Positions 27,356-37,242 of a stretch of DNA of 64,000 bases are shown here, one piece after another. Under the pieces are notes generated by a model. That model had not been told where the DNA came from, did not search any database, and saw only the letters and a program-made list of their open reading frames with translations. Each line of letters begins with the position of its first letter. The stretch's first letter is position 1. The position numbers and the translations under genes are program-made. The DNA lies in NCBI GenBank assembly GCA_965231005.1, contig OZ246405.1:1031829-1095828 (forward strand), written 5' to 3'. The stretch is from an uncultured Gammaproteobacteria bacterium. GTDB lineage: Bacteria > Patescibacteriota > Patescibacteriia > Magasanikbacterales > UBA922.

Positions 27356-28015
27356 CTATTTAATAAATTTTCCTAAAAAAAGATCTTTGAGAATACGAAA
27401 TCCTCCCAAAGAACTCTGTCCAAATTCACGATACACTACTTTAACAGGATATTCAACAATAGATAGATTGGCACGCTTTGCAAGAATAGGAATCTCACTT
27501 GCGTGCGCCATATCATCGTGTGTAATCTGAATGTGACTCAGTGCCTTTTTTGAAAGAAGTCGAAATCCATTATGCGCATCACTAAGCCGTGGTGCTCCAA
27601 AAAAACGATTTACCAAACGACCAAGAGGAAGAATAACCTTTCTTTTTAACCAAGGAATATTAGATCGATTATCTAAAAACCGAGAACCAAATAATATATC
27701 TGCATTAGATTTTTTTAAATGATTCAACGCAGGAAGAATATCTTGCACATCAAATTGACCATCTCCATCAAAGTGCAAAACATAGTCTGCACCAACACCT
27801 CTAGCATAGGCATGTCCAGTTTCAAGTGATGCACCCTGGCCACGGTTAATTGTATGTTTAAGAACTGTTGCTCCAGCAGAAGTCGCGCGCTCAAATGTAC
27901 TATCGCTTGAGGCATCATCAACGACAACCACTTCGTCTACATGATCAAAAAGGCTCCGAACAACGGAACCAATATACGCTTCTTCATTATAAGCAGGTAC
28001 GATAGCAATAAACAT
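27356..28015 (-). CDS. GT2 glycosyltransferase (polyprenol-phosphate sugar synthase, DPM1-like)
   Basis: IVPAYNEE...VVVDDASSD...DGDGQ motifs. Confidence 0.8.
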   Translation of the reverse strand: MFIAIVPAYNEEAYIGSVVRSLFDHVDEVVVVDDASSDSTFERATSAGATVLKHTINRGQGASLETGHAYARGVGADYVLHFDGDGQFDVQDILPALNHLKKSNADILFGSRFLDNRSNIPWLKRKVILPLGRLVNRFFGAPRLSDAHNGFRLLSKKALSHIQITHDDMAHASEIPILAKRANLSIVEYPVKVVYREFGQSSLGGFRILKDLFLGKFIK

Positions 28016-28020
28016 CTTTG

Positions 28021-28111
28021 AAAGGCCGTAAAGGCTTTAAAAGCTATAAAGGCCATAAAAGCTTCTTCAGCCTTTAGAGCCTTTATGGCATTTATGGCCT
28101 TTTCAGCCTTT
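28021..28111. repeat. Palindromic GCCTTTA/TAAAGGC element (empty copy)
   Basis: aaaggccgtaaaggctttaaaagctataaaggccataaaagc ... gcctttagagcctttatggcatttatggcc. Confidence 0.6.
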
Positions 28112-29137
28112 TTAAAGTTGTTGCATACTAAGCACTTCTTTATTTGCAGTTGTATAATCTATTGTTCTCTTCAGTCCATCTTCAAGTCGAATAAGCGGAA
28201 TCCACTGCAATTCTTCCTTTGCACGCTGCAGATTTGGAATTCCCTTTGCAGTTAAAAATTCAAGCTGCTGTTCAAACTGAACACGCGAAGATGATCCAGT
28301 CATGGAAATAATCATATTTGCCACATCAATCATCTTTATTTTCTCATCATGGCCAATATTTACAATCCATGTTTCAAGACCACTATGCATCAATCGAACC
28401 AATCCGTCAACCACATCTGAGACATAGCAAAGTGACTGTGTCATATTGCCATCACCATAAATAACAAGGTCTCTTCCTTCAAGTGCATCAATAATAAAAT
28501 CAGGAACAAGTAATCCATCCCGGAGTTTCATACGCGGACCATATGTTGTAAAAATTCGTGCAATTTTTGCATCAACACCATAGACCTGCCTGTATGTTGC
28601 AACACATGTTTCTGCAAAACGTTTTCCTTCGTCATAACATGCTCGTGGAGATAAATGATGTACAATGCCTTCATCTTCTTCTGAAAAAATTTCATGACCT
28701 TCTATTGCAGAACCATATACCACAGAACTCGAGCCAAACACATATTTTGCCCGATACTTCACTGCTAAATCTAGTGTACTCACCATGGCACTTGAGTTTG
28801 CCCAAAGTGAATGCATTTTTTTTGATTCAAAGTTTTTTGGACTTGTAGGACAAGCCATGTGATAAATTTCTTGTACACCTTGAAATTTTACTTTAAATTT
28901 CCCAAGCTCAGGATATTCATCTAAGTCAATTGGTTTGTTTACATCGGCTTTAATAAATTCAAAGTCAGGATATTGTAGTAAATGTTGAATGTTTTGTATT
29001 GATGAGTTTGACAAATCATCCATACAAATAACTTTTGCTTCTCGAAGCAATCGTTCACAAAGATGAGATCCCAAAAAACCTGCCCCACCTGTGACAATAA
29101 CATTTTTCTTTTCAAAAATTGGAGTTTGCTCAACCAT
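28112..29137 (-). CDS. NAD-dependent sugar-nucleotide epimerase/dehydratase (UDP-glucuronate decarboxylase-like SDR)
   Basis: VIVTGGAGFLGSHL Rossmann motif and a YxxxK-type SDR core. Confidence 0.75.
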   Translation of the reverse strand: MVEQTPIFEKKNVIVTGGAGFLGSHLCERLLREAKVICMDDLSNSSIQNIQHLLQYPDFEFIKADVNKPIDLDEYPELGKFKVKFQGVQEIYHMACPTSPKNFESKKMHSLWANSSAMVSTLDLAVKYRAKYVFGSSSVVYGSAIEGHEIFSEEDEGIVHHLSPRACYDEGKRFAETCVATYRQVYGVDAKIARIFTTYGPRMKLRDGLLVPDFIIDALEGRDLVIYGDGNMTQSLCYVSDVVDGLVRLMHSGLETWIVNIGHDEKIKMIDVANMIISMTGSSSRVQFEQQLEFLTAKGIPNLQRAKEELQWIPLIRLEDGLKRTIDYTTANKEVLSMQQL

Positions 29138-29193
29138 AGTACCAATACTATATCACAAAATTGCTACACTGTCATGAATAATTAATATAAATG

Positions 29194-29652
29194 TTAATCA
29201 ATAACGCGCACAGATTCACCAATATGCACATCATGCTTTTCAACCCACCCAGCAGGGACTTCTAAAACAGAAGAGGCATTTGTCCGTGGATAATACTTTG
29301 TTAATTCATGCTCAGATTTTTCTGGTTCTACCTGAACATTTGGAGCAATGTCTACAACCGTTCCTTGTTGAATCCATAAAATATCAATAGGAAACTCCAT
29401 ATCGCGCATTACAATACCGTGTCGAGAAGATTCTGAAAACAAAAAGAGCATTCCCTCATATTCATCGACAGAATCTCTATTGCCAAGTCCTTTGTGCCAC
29501 TGATATTGATTGCGAGCAAGCAGTACATGCATCTGCTCTGTGCCAACCTCTATAACAGCACTTGTCCAAAATAGTTGCCACACTTTTAATAAAAGAAATG
29601 CACCAAAAAAAAGGACAAAGAATATAACGAGAAATGTATTTTTATTTTTCAT
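29194..29652 (-). CDS. DUF192-domain protein with an N-terminal TM
   Basis: MEFPIDILW and LEVPAG motifs. Confidence 0.6.
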   Translation of the reverse strand: MKNKNTFLVIFFVLFFGAFLLLKVWQLFWTSAVIEVGTEQMHVLLARNQYQWHKGLGNRDSVDEYEGMLFLFSESSRHGIVMRDMEFPIDILWIQQGTVVDIAPNVQVEPEKSEHELTKYYPRTNASSVLEVPAGWVEKHDVHIGESVRVID

Positions 29653-30688
29653 ATTTACTATTTCGGCTAAACCACATACCTATTAATAACATTAACACAA
29701 AAAGAAACGACAGGGCAATAAGTTTTTCTTTACTTTGCAAGAAAAGTGTACTTATACCGAATAAAAACGCAATGGAATAAAATAACAGCACTGTTTGAAC
29801 ATGTGTAAGACCCGATGCAAGAAGTTTAAAATGAAGATGCTCACTATCTCCAATAAAGATAGACTTTTTCTTTCGAAGTCGCAATATAAACACTCGTACT
29901 AAATCAAGGATTGGTATTCCCATGACAAGAATGGCTGTCATTATTTTCCCGCCAGAAATAATTGCAAGTGCTCCTAAAATAAATCCTAAAAATAAACTTC
30001 CTCCCTCTCCAAGAAATATACTTGCTGGATGCCAATTCCACAAAAGAAATCCTAAACACGAACCCACCAAAACAATGGCAATAAGTGCCACATCTGGCTG
30101 ATACCATTGTGGTTGCCTACTCAGGAAAAAAATGATGAATGCACCAATGCACACGATTCCTGTTACTAACCCATCAAGACCATCAAGCAATTTCGTTGTA
30201 TACATCATACCCATGAGCCAAAAAAATATCAGAATATTTGCAAAAGAAACATATGGAATAATGGTTGTATGCTGCAATGAAAATGTTCCACCAAATGGAT
30301 TTGTAATTGCGTAAAGGTCAGCTCCAAATAATATAACAATAATTGCTGCAATAATTGGGAACCACACTTGTTTTATAGGTGACAATGAAAATTTATCATC
30401 AAAAAAACCACCAACCATGAGAACACAGCTTCCTAGAAATAATCCAAGCAGTCGAACATTTGAAATATTCTCTTGTAGCAATTCTGTTGTCTGTGAAATA
30501 TAAAAAAGGACAAGAAAAAAACTAAGCCAAATCGCAATACCACCACCAAGTGGAATTTTTTTCTTATGAATTTTTCTTTTATGAACACGTGGGACATCCA
30601 CAATTGCATAGAATTGCATGACCCGACGTGCAAGTGCTGTGAGACAAAATGAGAGAAGTAAGGCAAGGAAAAAATAAGAGAAAACCAT
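29642..30688 (-). CDS. Polyprenol-phosphate:sugar-1-phosphate transferase (MraY/WecA/TagO family)
   Basis: Multi-TM protein with GLDGL and FLGEGGSLFLGF motifs. Confidence 0.75.
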   Translation of the reverse strand: MVFSYFFLALLLSFCLTALARRVMQFYAIVDVPRVHKRKIHKKKIPLGGGIAIWLSFFLVLFYISQTTELLQENISNVRLLGLFLGSCVLMVGGFFDDKFSLSPIKQVWFPIIAAIIVILFGADLYAITNPFGGTFSLQHTTIIPYVSFANILIFFWLMGMMYTTKLLDGLDGLVTGIVCIGAFIIFFLSRQPQWYQPDVALIAIVLVGSCLGFLLWNWHPASIFLGEGGSLFLGFILGALAIISGGKIMTAILVMGIPILDLVRVFILRLRKKKSIFIGDSEHLHFKLLASGLTHVQTVLLFYSIAFLFGISTLFLQSKEKLIALSFLFVLMLLIGMWFSRNSKYEK

Positions 30689-30754
30689 AATCTTGACTAA
30701 TTACTCAGAAGTGTGTAACGTAAAATTATCTTCCATTTTTTTCAAGGGGGTACC

Positions 30755-30994
30755 ATGAGAACAATCAAAATCATACTAGATGACACCACAGCTATCGTGG
30801 AGGACGAAGATCCAGACGCGATCATAGAGCGGGTGACTCTGATTGGACAACGTCTGCTTGATCTCAGTAGACGGATGAAAAATTCCTTCAGCTGGTGGAA
30901 AGACGGCAAATGTGTTGTCCTGACATCACCTGCTCCGAGCGAAAAAGGAAGCTTGGGAGAGCTGAGCGTCCAAGTAGTCATCAAGCAAAGATAA
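30755..30994 (+). CDS. Small acidic hypothetical protein in a GC-rich patch
   Basis: RBS aagggggtacc precedes the ATG. A strong terminator lies downstream. Confidence 0.4.
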   Translation: MRTIKIILDDTTAIVEDEDPDAIIERVTLIGQRLLDLSRRMKNSFSWWKDGKCVVLTSPAPSEKGSLGELSVQVVIKQR

Positions 30995-31048
30995 CCGTGC
31001 AACAGTCAACAATGGTACTGATGCGCATGTTCAAAATGTCCACCAGTA

Positions 31049-31105
31049 CCTCGTATGAATCAAATCACTTTGATTTATACGAGGGAGTATGGTGGGCTTT
31101 TTGAT
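31049..31105. terminator. 16-bp hairpin terminator between convergent genes
   Basis: cctcgtatgaatcaaa-tcac-tttgatttatacgagg, then GGGCTTTTTGATTTTATTT. Confidence 0.65.
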
Positions 31106-31110
31106 TTTAT

Positions 31111-33861
31111 TTACGATGCTGATTCTACTTTTAACTGAGCACCTTCCCCAATAACAACTGTATCTCGCCGTTTTAATCCCTTATTTAAAATTAACTCTGC
31201 AAGTGCATTTTCCACTTTATCTTGAATTGCCCTGCGCATTGGACGTGCACCAAATTCTGGATCAAACCCAACTTCAGCAAGTGCTTCTAATCCTGCATCT
31301 TCAACACGTAAAAATACACCTCTTTTCTGTAAATCTTTTTCTACACGCTTGAGCATAAGTCCTGCAATTTGTTTTGTTTCATCACGATTGAGCGCTTTAA
31401 ATAATACAATACCATCAAAACGATTTAAAAATTCTGGTCGGTAGTATTTTTTCAATTCTCCTCGAATCAATGCCTGACGTATATCTTCAAGAGTAACTCC
31501 TTTGTTTATCTGTTCTTGCACATAGGCGGTTCCTGCATTGCTGGTTGCAATAATAATGGTATTTGTAAAATCAATCACACGTCCAACACTGTCTGTAAGT
31601 CTGCCATCATCAAATACTTGCAAAAATAAATTTAAAATATCAGGATCTGCTTTTTCCAACTCATCTAAGAGTACAAGAGAAAACGGTTCTTGTCGTACTG
31701 CTTCTGTTAAGAGTCCTGTCCCTTGTTGCCCAGGTTGACCAATAAGACGATACACTCCTGCCTTGTCTTGGAACTCACTCATGTCAATACGAATCATGCG
31801 CTCTTCTCCACCAAAATAAACATTTGAAATTGTTTTTGCAAGTTCGGTTTTTCCAACACCAGTCGGTCCAAGAAATAAGAAATTTGCAATTGGTCTTTTT
31901 TGTGAACGAACTTCTGCACGTGCACGTCGAAGCGCATTTGCAACAAGCTGCACAGCATCGTTTTGCCCAATAACATGATTGTGCATTTCTTCTTCTAAAC
32001 GCATTAGTTTTGATGATTCGTCTTCTGAAATACTTGTTACTGGAATACCTGTTTTTTCCCCTACAATTGCGGCAACATCTTCTGCTTGAACCATTGCATT
32101 TTCTCCTTTTTTATTTCGTACATAACTGGCTGCTTCACTCATAAGCCCAATTGCGTTCTCAGGAATATTTTGATCGTGAAGAAATTTCATTGCAAGCTTT
32201 ACTGACTGCTCAATTGCACCATATGAAAAATAAACATGATGTTTATACTCAACCACTCCAGCCTTTGATTCAAGAACTTGAATTGCTTGATCTTCTTCCA
32301 TTTCTTTCACTTCCACTTTTGACAAAGCAGTTCCAAGCGCAGAATTCAATATATGTTGGTTAAATCCATTTGTCGTTGCTGTTGCAAACGTAAAAAAGCG
32401 ACTTCCTCCAATATACTGTGCCAGTGTTTCAGAAACATCTAGTCCTTCTCCACCTTCAGCATTATTTACACTTACCAAATCTTGGATATTATCTATAAAT
32501 AAAATAATATTTTTTGCTTTTGCTATTTCGTTCATTATTTGAATCAATCGTTGTTGTGCACCACTCACTGTTGTTCCAGCAAGCAGAGAAGATGTTGAAA
32601 GTTGTACAAGTCGTTTGTCTTTTAAACGATCTGGGACATCATCTTCTATCATGCGCTGTGCAATTCCTTCTATAATACTCATTTTTCCAACACCACGCTC
32701 TCCAACAAGAACAACACTTTGTCTTCCTCCTTCAACAATTCTAAAGATATCATCAATTTCCTTATCTCGTGCTACAACTGCTCCAAGCTGACCATACTTT
32801 GCCTTCATGGTGATATCTTGACTAAAACTATTGAGGAACGGAGTTGCTACGGCTGTCATTGCTCTATCCATACCATATTTACTTCTATGCGCTGCTGCTT
32901 TTTTGAATTTTCTGTACTGCCTTCTCATGCGCTCGCGAATACGCATCCACTCAATAACATTGTTTAATTTATTTTTATCAACCTTCATGTCATACAAAAT
33001 TTCTTGCAATGGCTCTGACTGACGAATTGTTGCAATAAGTAATTCTGTTACATGAACATATTCTTGCTTAATGGTTCGCGCAACATCGTATGAATGAAAT
33101 AAAATCTGCATAGCATCTGCAGACAACACCGGAACAATATTATTTTTCTTGGGTGCAAATGCTTTTGCTAATTCTGCTTTTAGATGCTTTGTCCCAATAC
33201 CAAGGCGCAAAAAAATCGATTGCACTTGTTGTGCATCGAGGAGTGCATAAAAAAGATGGACTGGAGAAATAGTTTGGTCACCATGCTTGTCTGCTATCAA
33301 ATATGCCTGTTCAAGTACATAACGCAATTCATCGACAAATGTCTTTGAAATATCTTTTGCATCCTTTTTGGAAATAACAGCGCCTGGTCCTTTTTTCTTA
33401 GGAGAAACTTTTTTCTGTTTTTTATTTTTCCTTGTTTCGTGAATGTCTACAAGTGCTGGTGGTTTTTGTAACACCATAACACGATAGACCATGTAGCTAA
33501 AACTGATAATACTTAGCCAAAACAATGTTGCAATAATATTTTCTTGAAACCAGAACTGTGATGTATATACGGCATCTGTTAATTTTCTTGCATATACAAG
33601 ACCAAGAAAAAAACCAAGAAAACCAACACCAAACACTCCTGAACCAATAATATGAAACTTATCTAAAATACGTCGTGATCTTCGATAATAAATATGATAG
33701 CGAGTCAATTGTTCTCCCCAATACAAAAATAAATCACCGCTATAGTATCCAGCAGTTAATTCTTCTTTTTTCTCATTTGTATCACCAGCAACAACAATAT
33801 TTCCAACACGTTTTACACGACAAGATTCTAGTTTGACTGGTGGTTGTTTTTCAAACAACAT
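31111..33861 (-). CDS. Clp/Hsp100 AAA+ ATPase (ClpC/ClpA-like, two NBDs, short middle region) with an N-terminal two-TM membrane anchor
   Basis: NBD1 VGERGVGKMSI. NBD2 FLFLGPTGVGKTELAK. Clp_N-like repeat. Residues ~70-125 are hydrophobic helices (FHIIGSGVFGVGFLGFFLGLVY and IIATLFWLSIISFSYMVYRVMVL). Confidence 0.8.
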   Translation of the reverse strand: MLFEKQPPVKLESCRVKRVGNIVVAGDTNEKKEELTAGYYSGDLFLYWGEQLTRYHIYYRRSRRILDKFHIIGSGVFGVGFLGFFLGLVYARKLTDAVYTSQFWFQENIIATLFWLSIISFSYMVYRVMVLQKPPALVDIHETRKNKKQKKVSPKKKGPGAVISKKDAKDISKTFVDELRYVLEQAYLIADKHGDQTISPVHLFYALLDAQQVQSIFLRLGIGTKHLKAELAKAFAPKKNNIVPVLSADAMQILFHSYDVARTIKQEYVHVTELLIATIRQSEPLQEILYDMKVDKNKLNNVIEWMRIRERMRRQYRKFKKAAAHRSKYGMDRAMTAVATPFLNSFSQDITMKAKYGQLGAVVARDKEIDDIFRIVEGGRQSVVLVGERGVGKMSIIEGIAQRMIEDDVPDRLKDKRLVQLSTSSLLAGTTVSGAQQRLIQIMNEIAKAKNIILFIDNIQDLVSVNNAEGGEGLDVSETLAQYIGGSRFFTFATATTNGFNQHILNSALGTALSKVEVKEMEEDQAIQVLESKAGVVEYKHHVYFSYGAIEQSVKLAMKFLHDQNIPENAIGLMSEAASYVRNKKGENAMVQAEDVAAIVGEKTGIPVTSISEDESSKLMRLEEEMHNHVIGQNDAVQLVANALRRARAEVRSQKRPIANFLFLGPTGVGKTELAKTISNVYFGGEERMIRIDMSEFQDKAGVYRLIGQPGQQGTGLLTEAVRQEPFSLVLLDELEKADPDILNLFLQVFDDGRLTDSVGRVIDFTNTIIIATSNAGTAYVQEQINKGVTLEDIRQALIRGELKKYYRPEFLNRFDGIVLFKALNRDETKQIAGLMLKRVEKDLQKRGVFLRVEDAGLEALAEVGFDPEFGARPMRRAIQDKVENALAELILNKGLKRRDTVVIGEGAQLKVESAS

Positions 33862-33868
33862 ACACTAT

Positions 33869-34225
33869 TTATTCAAAAAAAGATTGCCCAAGCATATAGA
33901 CAACAAAAACAGGCAAGGCCAACCAAAAGAGAAATAAATGAATAATGAAAATAGTTGCGACGACAAGTGCAATACCTCTTCCAATGACATTTATCGCACG
34001 CATGAATACACTCGTAAGTCTTCCTTGCCAGTCTGTTTGTCCAAACATTGGAACAAAAATATTTCTGAGCCAAAGACCCGGAGCAAGATTCATATTTGCC
34101 TGTTGCATCAGTCGCAAGCAACCAAGACCCACACGTTTTAGTCCACTCGTGTACCACCAAAGCGGGAAATAGACAACATCAAAAACAAACTCTACAGCAA
34201 TGCGTTGTAACACAAGAACCCACAT
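33869..34225 (-). CDS. Hypothetical membrane protein
   Basis: 118-aa ORF with 3 TM helices. Confidence 0.45.
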   Translation of the reverse strand: MWVLVLQRIAVEFVFDVVYFPLWWYTSGLKRVGLGCLRLMQQANMNLAPGLWLRNIFVPMFGQTDWQGRLTSVFMRAINVIGRGIALVVATIFIIHLFLFWLALPVFVVYMLGQSFFE

Positions 34226-34260
34226 ACAAACTATACTAAATAATTATGGTTATTTTACCA

Positions 34261-34330
34261 TAAAAAAAACAATTAACAAATAACAATTAACAAGCTATCT
34301 AGGATTTGTTAATTGTTAATTGCTAATTGT
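34261..34330. repeat. Palindromic element, TTAACAATTAACAA family (copy 2, short spacer)
   Basis: caattaacaaataacaattaacaagc-tatctaggat-ttgttaattgttaattgctaattgttaattg. Confidence 0.6.
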
Positions 34331-34388
34331 TAATTGAATGAAAAAAACTCCATTCGATGGAGCTATCAATAAAAGCTGTAAAGATGTA

Positions 34389-34730
34389 CTACCGTCTCGC
34401 CACAGCTGTACCAACTGGTGTAATATAATCGACTGAATCTGCAACGACTAAATCAATTTCAGATAACCGTGCTTGTATACTTTGCATAGATGTATACCCA
34501 GCAATATCAACTTCCAATTGTTTTGTCTCATGTTTTAGGTCACGAACAGTTCGTTCTAAATCACTAATAATATATCCCTTTGTTGAAACAGCTGTTGTCT
34601 GAAGAACATACGAAATACCAAAAAAGACAATAAAGACAATCAATCCTGCTCGGAAAGAGCCACTCAAAAACATACGTTTCATGGCAAGTTTCTTTTCTCG
34701 TCTTGTTAATTTTCTGTTCTGTCTTGTCAT
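34389..34730 (-). CDS. ftsL: Cell division protein FtsL-like (single TM plus coiled coil)
   Basis: Its position directly after rsmH in the mraZ-rsmH-ftsL order. TM FRAGLIVFIVFFGISYVL. Confidence 0.55.
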   Translation of the reverse strand: MTRQNRKLTRREKKLAMKRMFLSGSFRAGLIVFIVFFGISYVLQTTAVSTKGYIISDLERTVRDLKHETKQLEVDIAGYTSMQSIQARLSEIDLVVADSVDYITPVGTAVARR

Positions 34731-34732
34731 AT

Positions 34733-35638
34733 TTATATCTTTTCTACTATGCGCAGTTTTGCACTTCTTGCACGAGGATTTTCTTTTGCCTCGTCATCTG
34801 TACACACAATTGGTTTTTTTGTAATTATGTTGACTGTTTTTCCTTGTTGACTTTTAAAGTAGTGTTTTACAATTCTATCTTCGAGTGAATGAAAACTAAT
34901 GATTGCCAATCTTCCGCCCGATGCAAGTACATCAATAGCCTTTGGTAACACTTCTTTTAACACATCCAATTCTCTGTTTACTGCAATCCGCAAGGCTTGA
35001 AATACTTTTGTTGCTGGATGAATACCACCAATCCACGGAATTTCTTTATCTGTTTTCAATTTCTCTCTGTAGACTTGCAAAATAATATCAGTAAGTTGTT
35101 TAGTTGTTTCAATAGATTGTTCTTTTCTCTTCTCTACAATCGCTTCTGCTATTTGCTCAGATAATTTCTCTTCACCATATTCTTTAAATATGGTCGCAAG
35201 TTGATCTCTATCTAATTCTTGCACCAATGTTGCTGCAGTATCATTACCGTTTGTTGAGTCATACCTCATGTCGAGTGGCTCATCAAGTTGGAAAGAAAAC
35301 CCTCTACCGCGTTCTTCAAACTGTGGTGAAGACCATCCAAGATCAATTAGGATTGCATGGACAGGTTCAAAATTATTTTGCGCAACAATAGAATCTATTT
35401 CTGCAAAATTTCCTCGAACAAGTGTGGTTCGATCTTCAACATTCTCAAGGAATTTTTTTGCTCGCAAAATAGCTTCGGCATCTGCATCTATGCCAAGCAA
35501 TCGACCGTTTGGGGAAATCTGCTCCAATATCTTTTCTGAATGTCCTGCATCTCCAAGAGTTCCGTCAATAACATGTATACCGTCACGAAGATTGAGACCA
35601 TCAAGAACCTCATGTAGAAGAACTGGTATATGCCTCAT
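34733..35638 (-). CDS. rsmH: 16S rRNA (cytosine1402-N4)-methyltransferase
   Basis: DGTLGDAGHS and IISFHSLEDR motifs. Confidence 0.9.
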   Translation of the reverse strand: MRHIPVLLHEVLDGLNLRDGIHVIDGTLGDAGHSEKILEQISPNGRLLGIDADAEAILRAKKFLENVEDRTTLVRGNFAEIDSIVAQNNFEPVHAILIDLGWSSPQFEERGRGFSFQLDEPLDMRYDSTNGNDTAATLVQELDRDQLATIFKEYGEEKLSEQIAEAIVEKRKEQSIETTKQLTDIILQVYREKLKTDKEIPWIGGIHPATKVFQALRIAVNRELDVLKEVLPKAIDVLASGGRLAIISFHSLEDRIVKHYFKSQQGKTVNIITKKPIVCTDDEAKENPRARSAKLRIVEKI

Positions 35639-36072
35639 ATGCCAAGCTCAGACATTTGTTCAGCGATTTTGCTACTTTCTTTTTCACTCTTCTGAGTGTA
35701 TGCCTTCCATTCTTTTTCATCCCACAATTCGAGGCGGTTGTACAGACCAGCAACGATAATGGTTTTTTTAAGATGTGCAAATGAACGTAAATATTCTGGA
35801 AGAATAATACGACCTTGCTTATCTACTTTGACATCCATAGCACCGGCAAGCATAAGACGTGCAAATGCACGTGTGTTTGCCTGAGCAAATGGAAGGTTAG
35901 AAAGTTTTTCTGCAAGTTTTTGCCATTCATCACGTGTGTACAAAAACAGACAATTGTCTAGCCCACGCGTAACAACAGCACCTTTTGAAAGAGCCTGGCG
36001 AAATTTCTTTGGAACAGCCAGTCGTCCTTTGTCATCTAAATTGTGGGAGTATTCTCCGATAAACATAACCAT
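35635..36072 (-). CDS. mraZ: Transcriptional regulator MraZ
   Basis: Duplicated DxxGR motifs (DDKGRLAVP and DKQGRIILP). Confidence 0.9.
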   Translation of the reverse strand: MVMFIGEYSHNLDDKGRLAVPKKFRQALSKGAVVTRGLDNCLFLYTRDEWQKLAEKLSNLPFAQANTRAFARLMLAGAMDVKVDKQGRIILPEYLRSFAHLKKTIIVAGLYNRLELWDEKEWKAYTQKSEKESSKIAEQMSELGI

Positions 36073-36238
36073 TGCTTTAGAGCAAATTCACCGGGACGTA
36101 CAGAGGGCACGTCCCGCTTATTTGCCGTGCAAATCAATATATAAAACTGAGAGGAAAAAATAGCCAATATGTAGACAAGCATCTTACTTATTGGAAAAAA
36201 GAACAATATTGATTTGAATCAATGGAGGATCGATGAAT

Positions 36239-36279
36239 TCCCCACCTTTCCCCACTTGCATCCATTATACCCCACTTTT
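36239..36279 (-). promoter_or_regulatory. Three direct GTGGGG repeats (MraZ-box-like) overlapping a TATAAT -10 element upstream of mraZ
   Basis: Minus strand reads aaaaGTGGGGtataatggatgcaaGTGGGGaaagGTGGGG. The spacing is 20 and 10 bp, in helical phase. Confidence 0.45.
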
Positions 36280-36353
36280 ATACCATTAACAACCATTTCT
36301 GTGGATAAAAACCCACCTATCCCCTAGGGACATATCTTAAGATTGGGATTTTG

Positions 36354-36384
36354 GGTATTAAAAAAACCAGGAGCTTGCCTGGTT
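36354..36384 (-). terminator. Rho-independent terminator (minus strand)
   Basis: The minus RNA reads aaccaggcaagctcctggtt followed by TTTTTTT. Confidence 0.7.
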
Positions 36385-36415
36385 ATTGATTATATTTTAA
36401 TCAATAAAGATCACT

Positions 36416-36871
36416 TTAAAGATCACTTTTAAGAGATTCAGCTTGAATTTTTAATTTTTGGAACTCGGCTTCAACGGCAGTTTGCTCACTTATTGCCTCC
36501 TCAGTATCTACAAGTGTACCTAATTTACCATCATATTCTTTCGCTGTGTTTTTCAATTTTTTGTAAAATACTACTATCTTTTTCCTCATTTCGTCATCAT
36601 GAATAAGAAATAGCCGTGTCCTCAAACTATCAAAAGTAGTTGTACTTGATAAAAGAGTTGTAACGTATTTTGGTGATAATACTTTCGCCTGTGTCCACAC
36701 TTCATGCATGCTATTGAGTGTTTCTATAATTTCATCAAGCTCATCTTGAAGACCTGTTTTTATGGATCTTAATTCACGCGATCTTTCTCTCCAAGAACGA
36801 ATTTCATCGCTGATCCAACCTCCCCCAATAGCAAGACCTGCACCGAGAATTATAGAATATACTTCATTCAT
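36416..36871 (-). CDS. Hypothetical protein with an N-terminal TM and coiled-coil segments
   Basis: 151-aa ORF with a terminator downstream. Confidence 0.45.
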   Translation of the reverse strand: MNEVYSIILGAGLAIGGGWISDEIRSWRERSRELRSIKTGLQDELDEIIETLNSMHEVWTQAKVLSPKYVTTLLSSTTTFDSLRTRLFLIHDDEMRKKIVVFYKKLKNTAKEYDGKLGTLVDTEEAISEQTAVEAEFQKLKIQAESLKSDL

Positions 36872-37232
36872 AATGAATCTCTTTTACATTTTCACTCTCA
36901 TCTAAATCATAAGATGCGAATCTTGCCTTTACTCCAGTTATATTGGCTAATTTTTTAGCTTCATCTATTTTAGACGTTGGTACGACAATATAAAAAGAAC
37001 TTGGAAGTTCACCTAAGGATTTCCACTGTTGTATACTATCAACGAGGTCACCTCCGTTTTCTATCTTTATTATAAAAAGAGGATCATTTTCCATTTGTAC
37101 ATTTTTTTGGAAAATGATCACATCGGGAATTTGACCAGCTATAACTTTTTTTTCTGAGACAGTATTATCTACCACATTAAAGCGAGCCAGGTCGCTTTGT
37201 AATTTTTTAATAACTTTTTGTCTAGTATTCAT
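36864..37232 (-). CDS. Hypothetical protein
   Basis: The ORF track starts at a TTG at 37280. The first ATG gives a 122-aa protein (MNTRQKVIKK...). Confidence 0.4.
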   Translation of the reverse strand: MNTRQKVIKKLQSDLARFNVVDNTVSEKKVIAGQIPDVIIFQKNVQMENDPLFIIKIENGGDLVDSIQQWKSLGELPSSFYIVVPTSKIDEAKKLANITGVKARFASYDLDESENVKEIHYE

Positions 37233-37242
37233 ATTTTTATAC

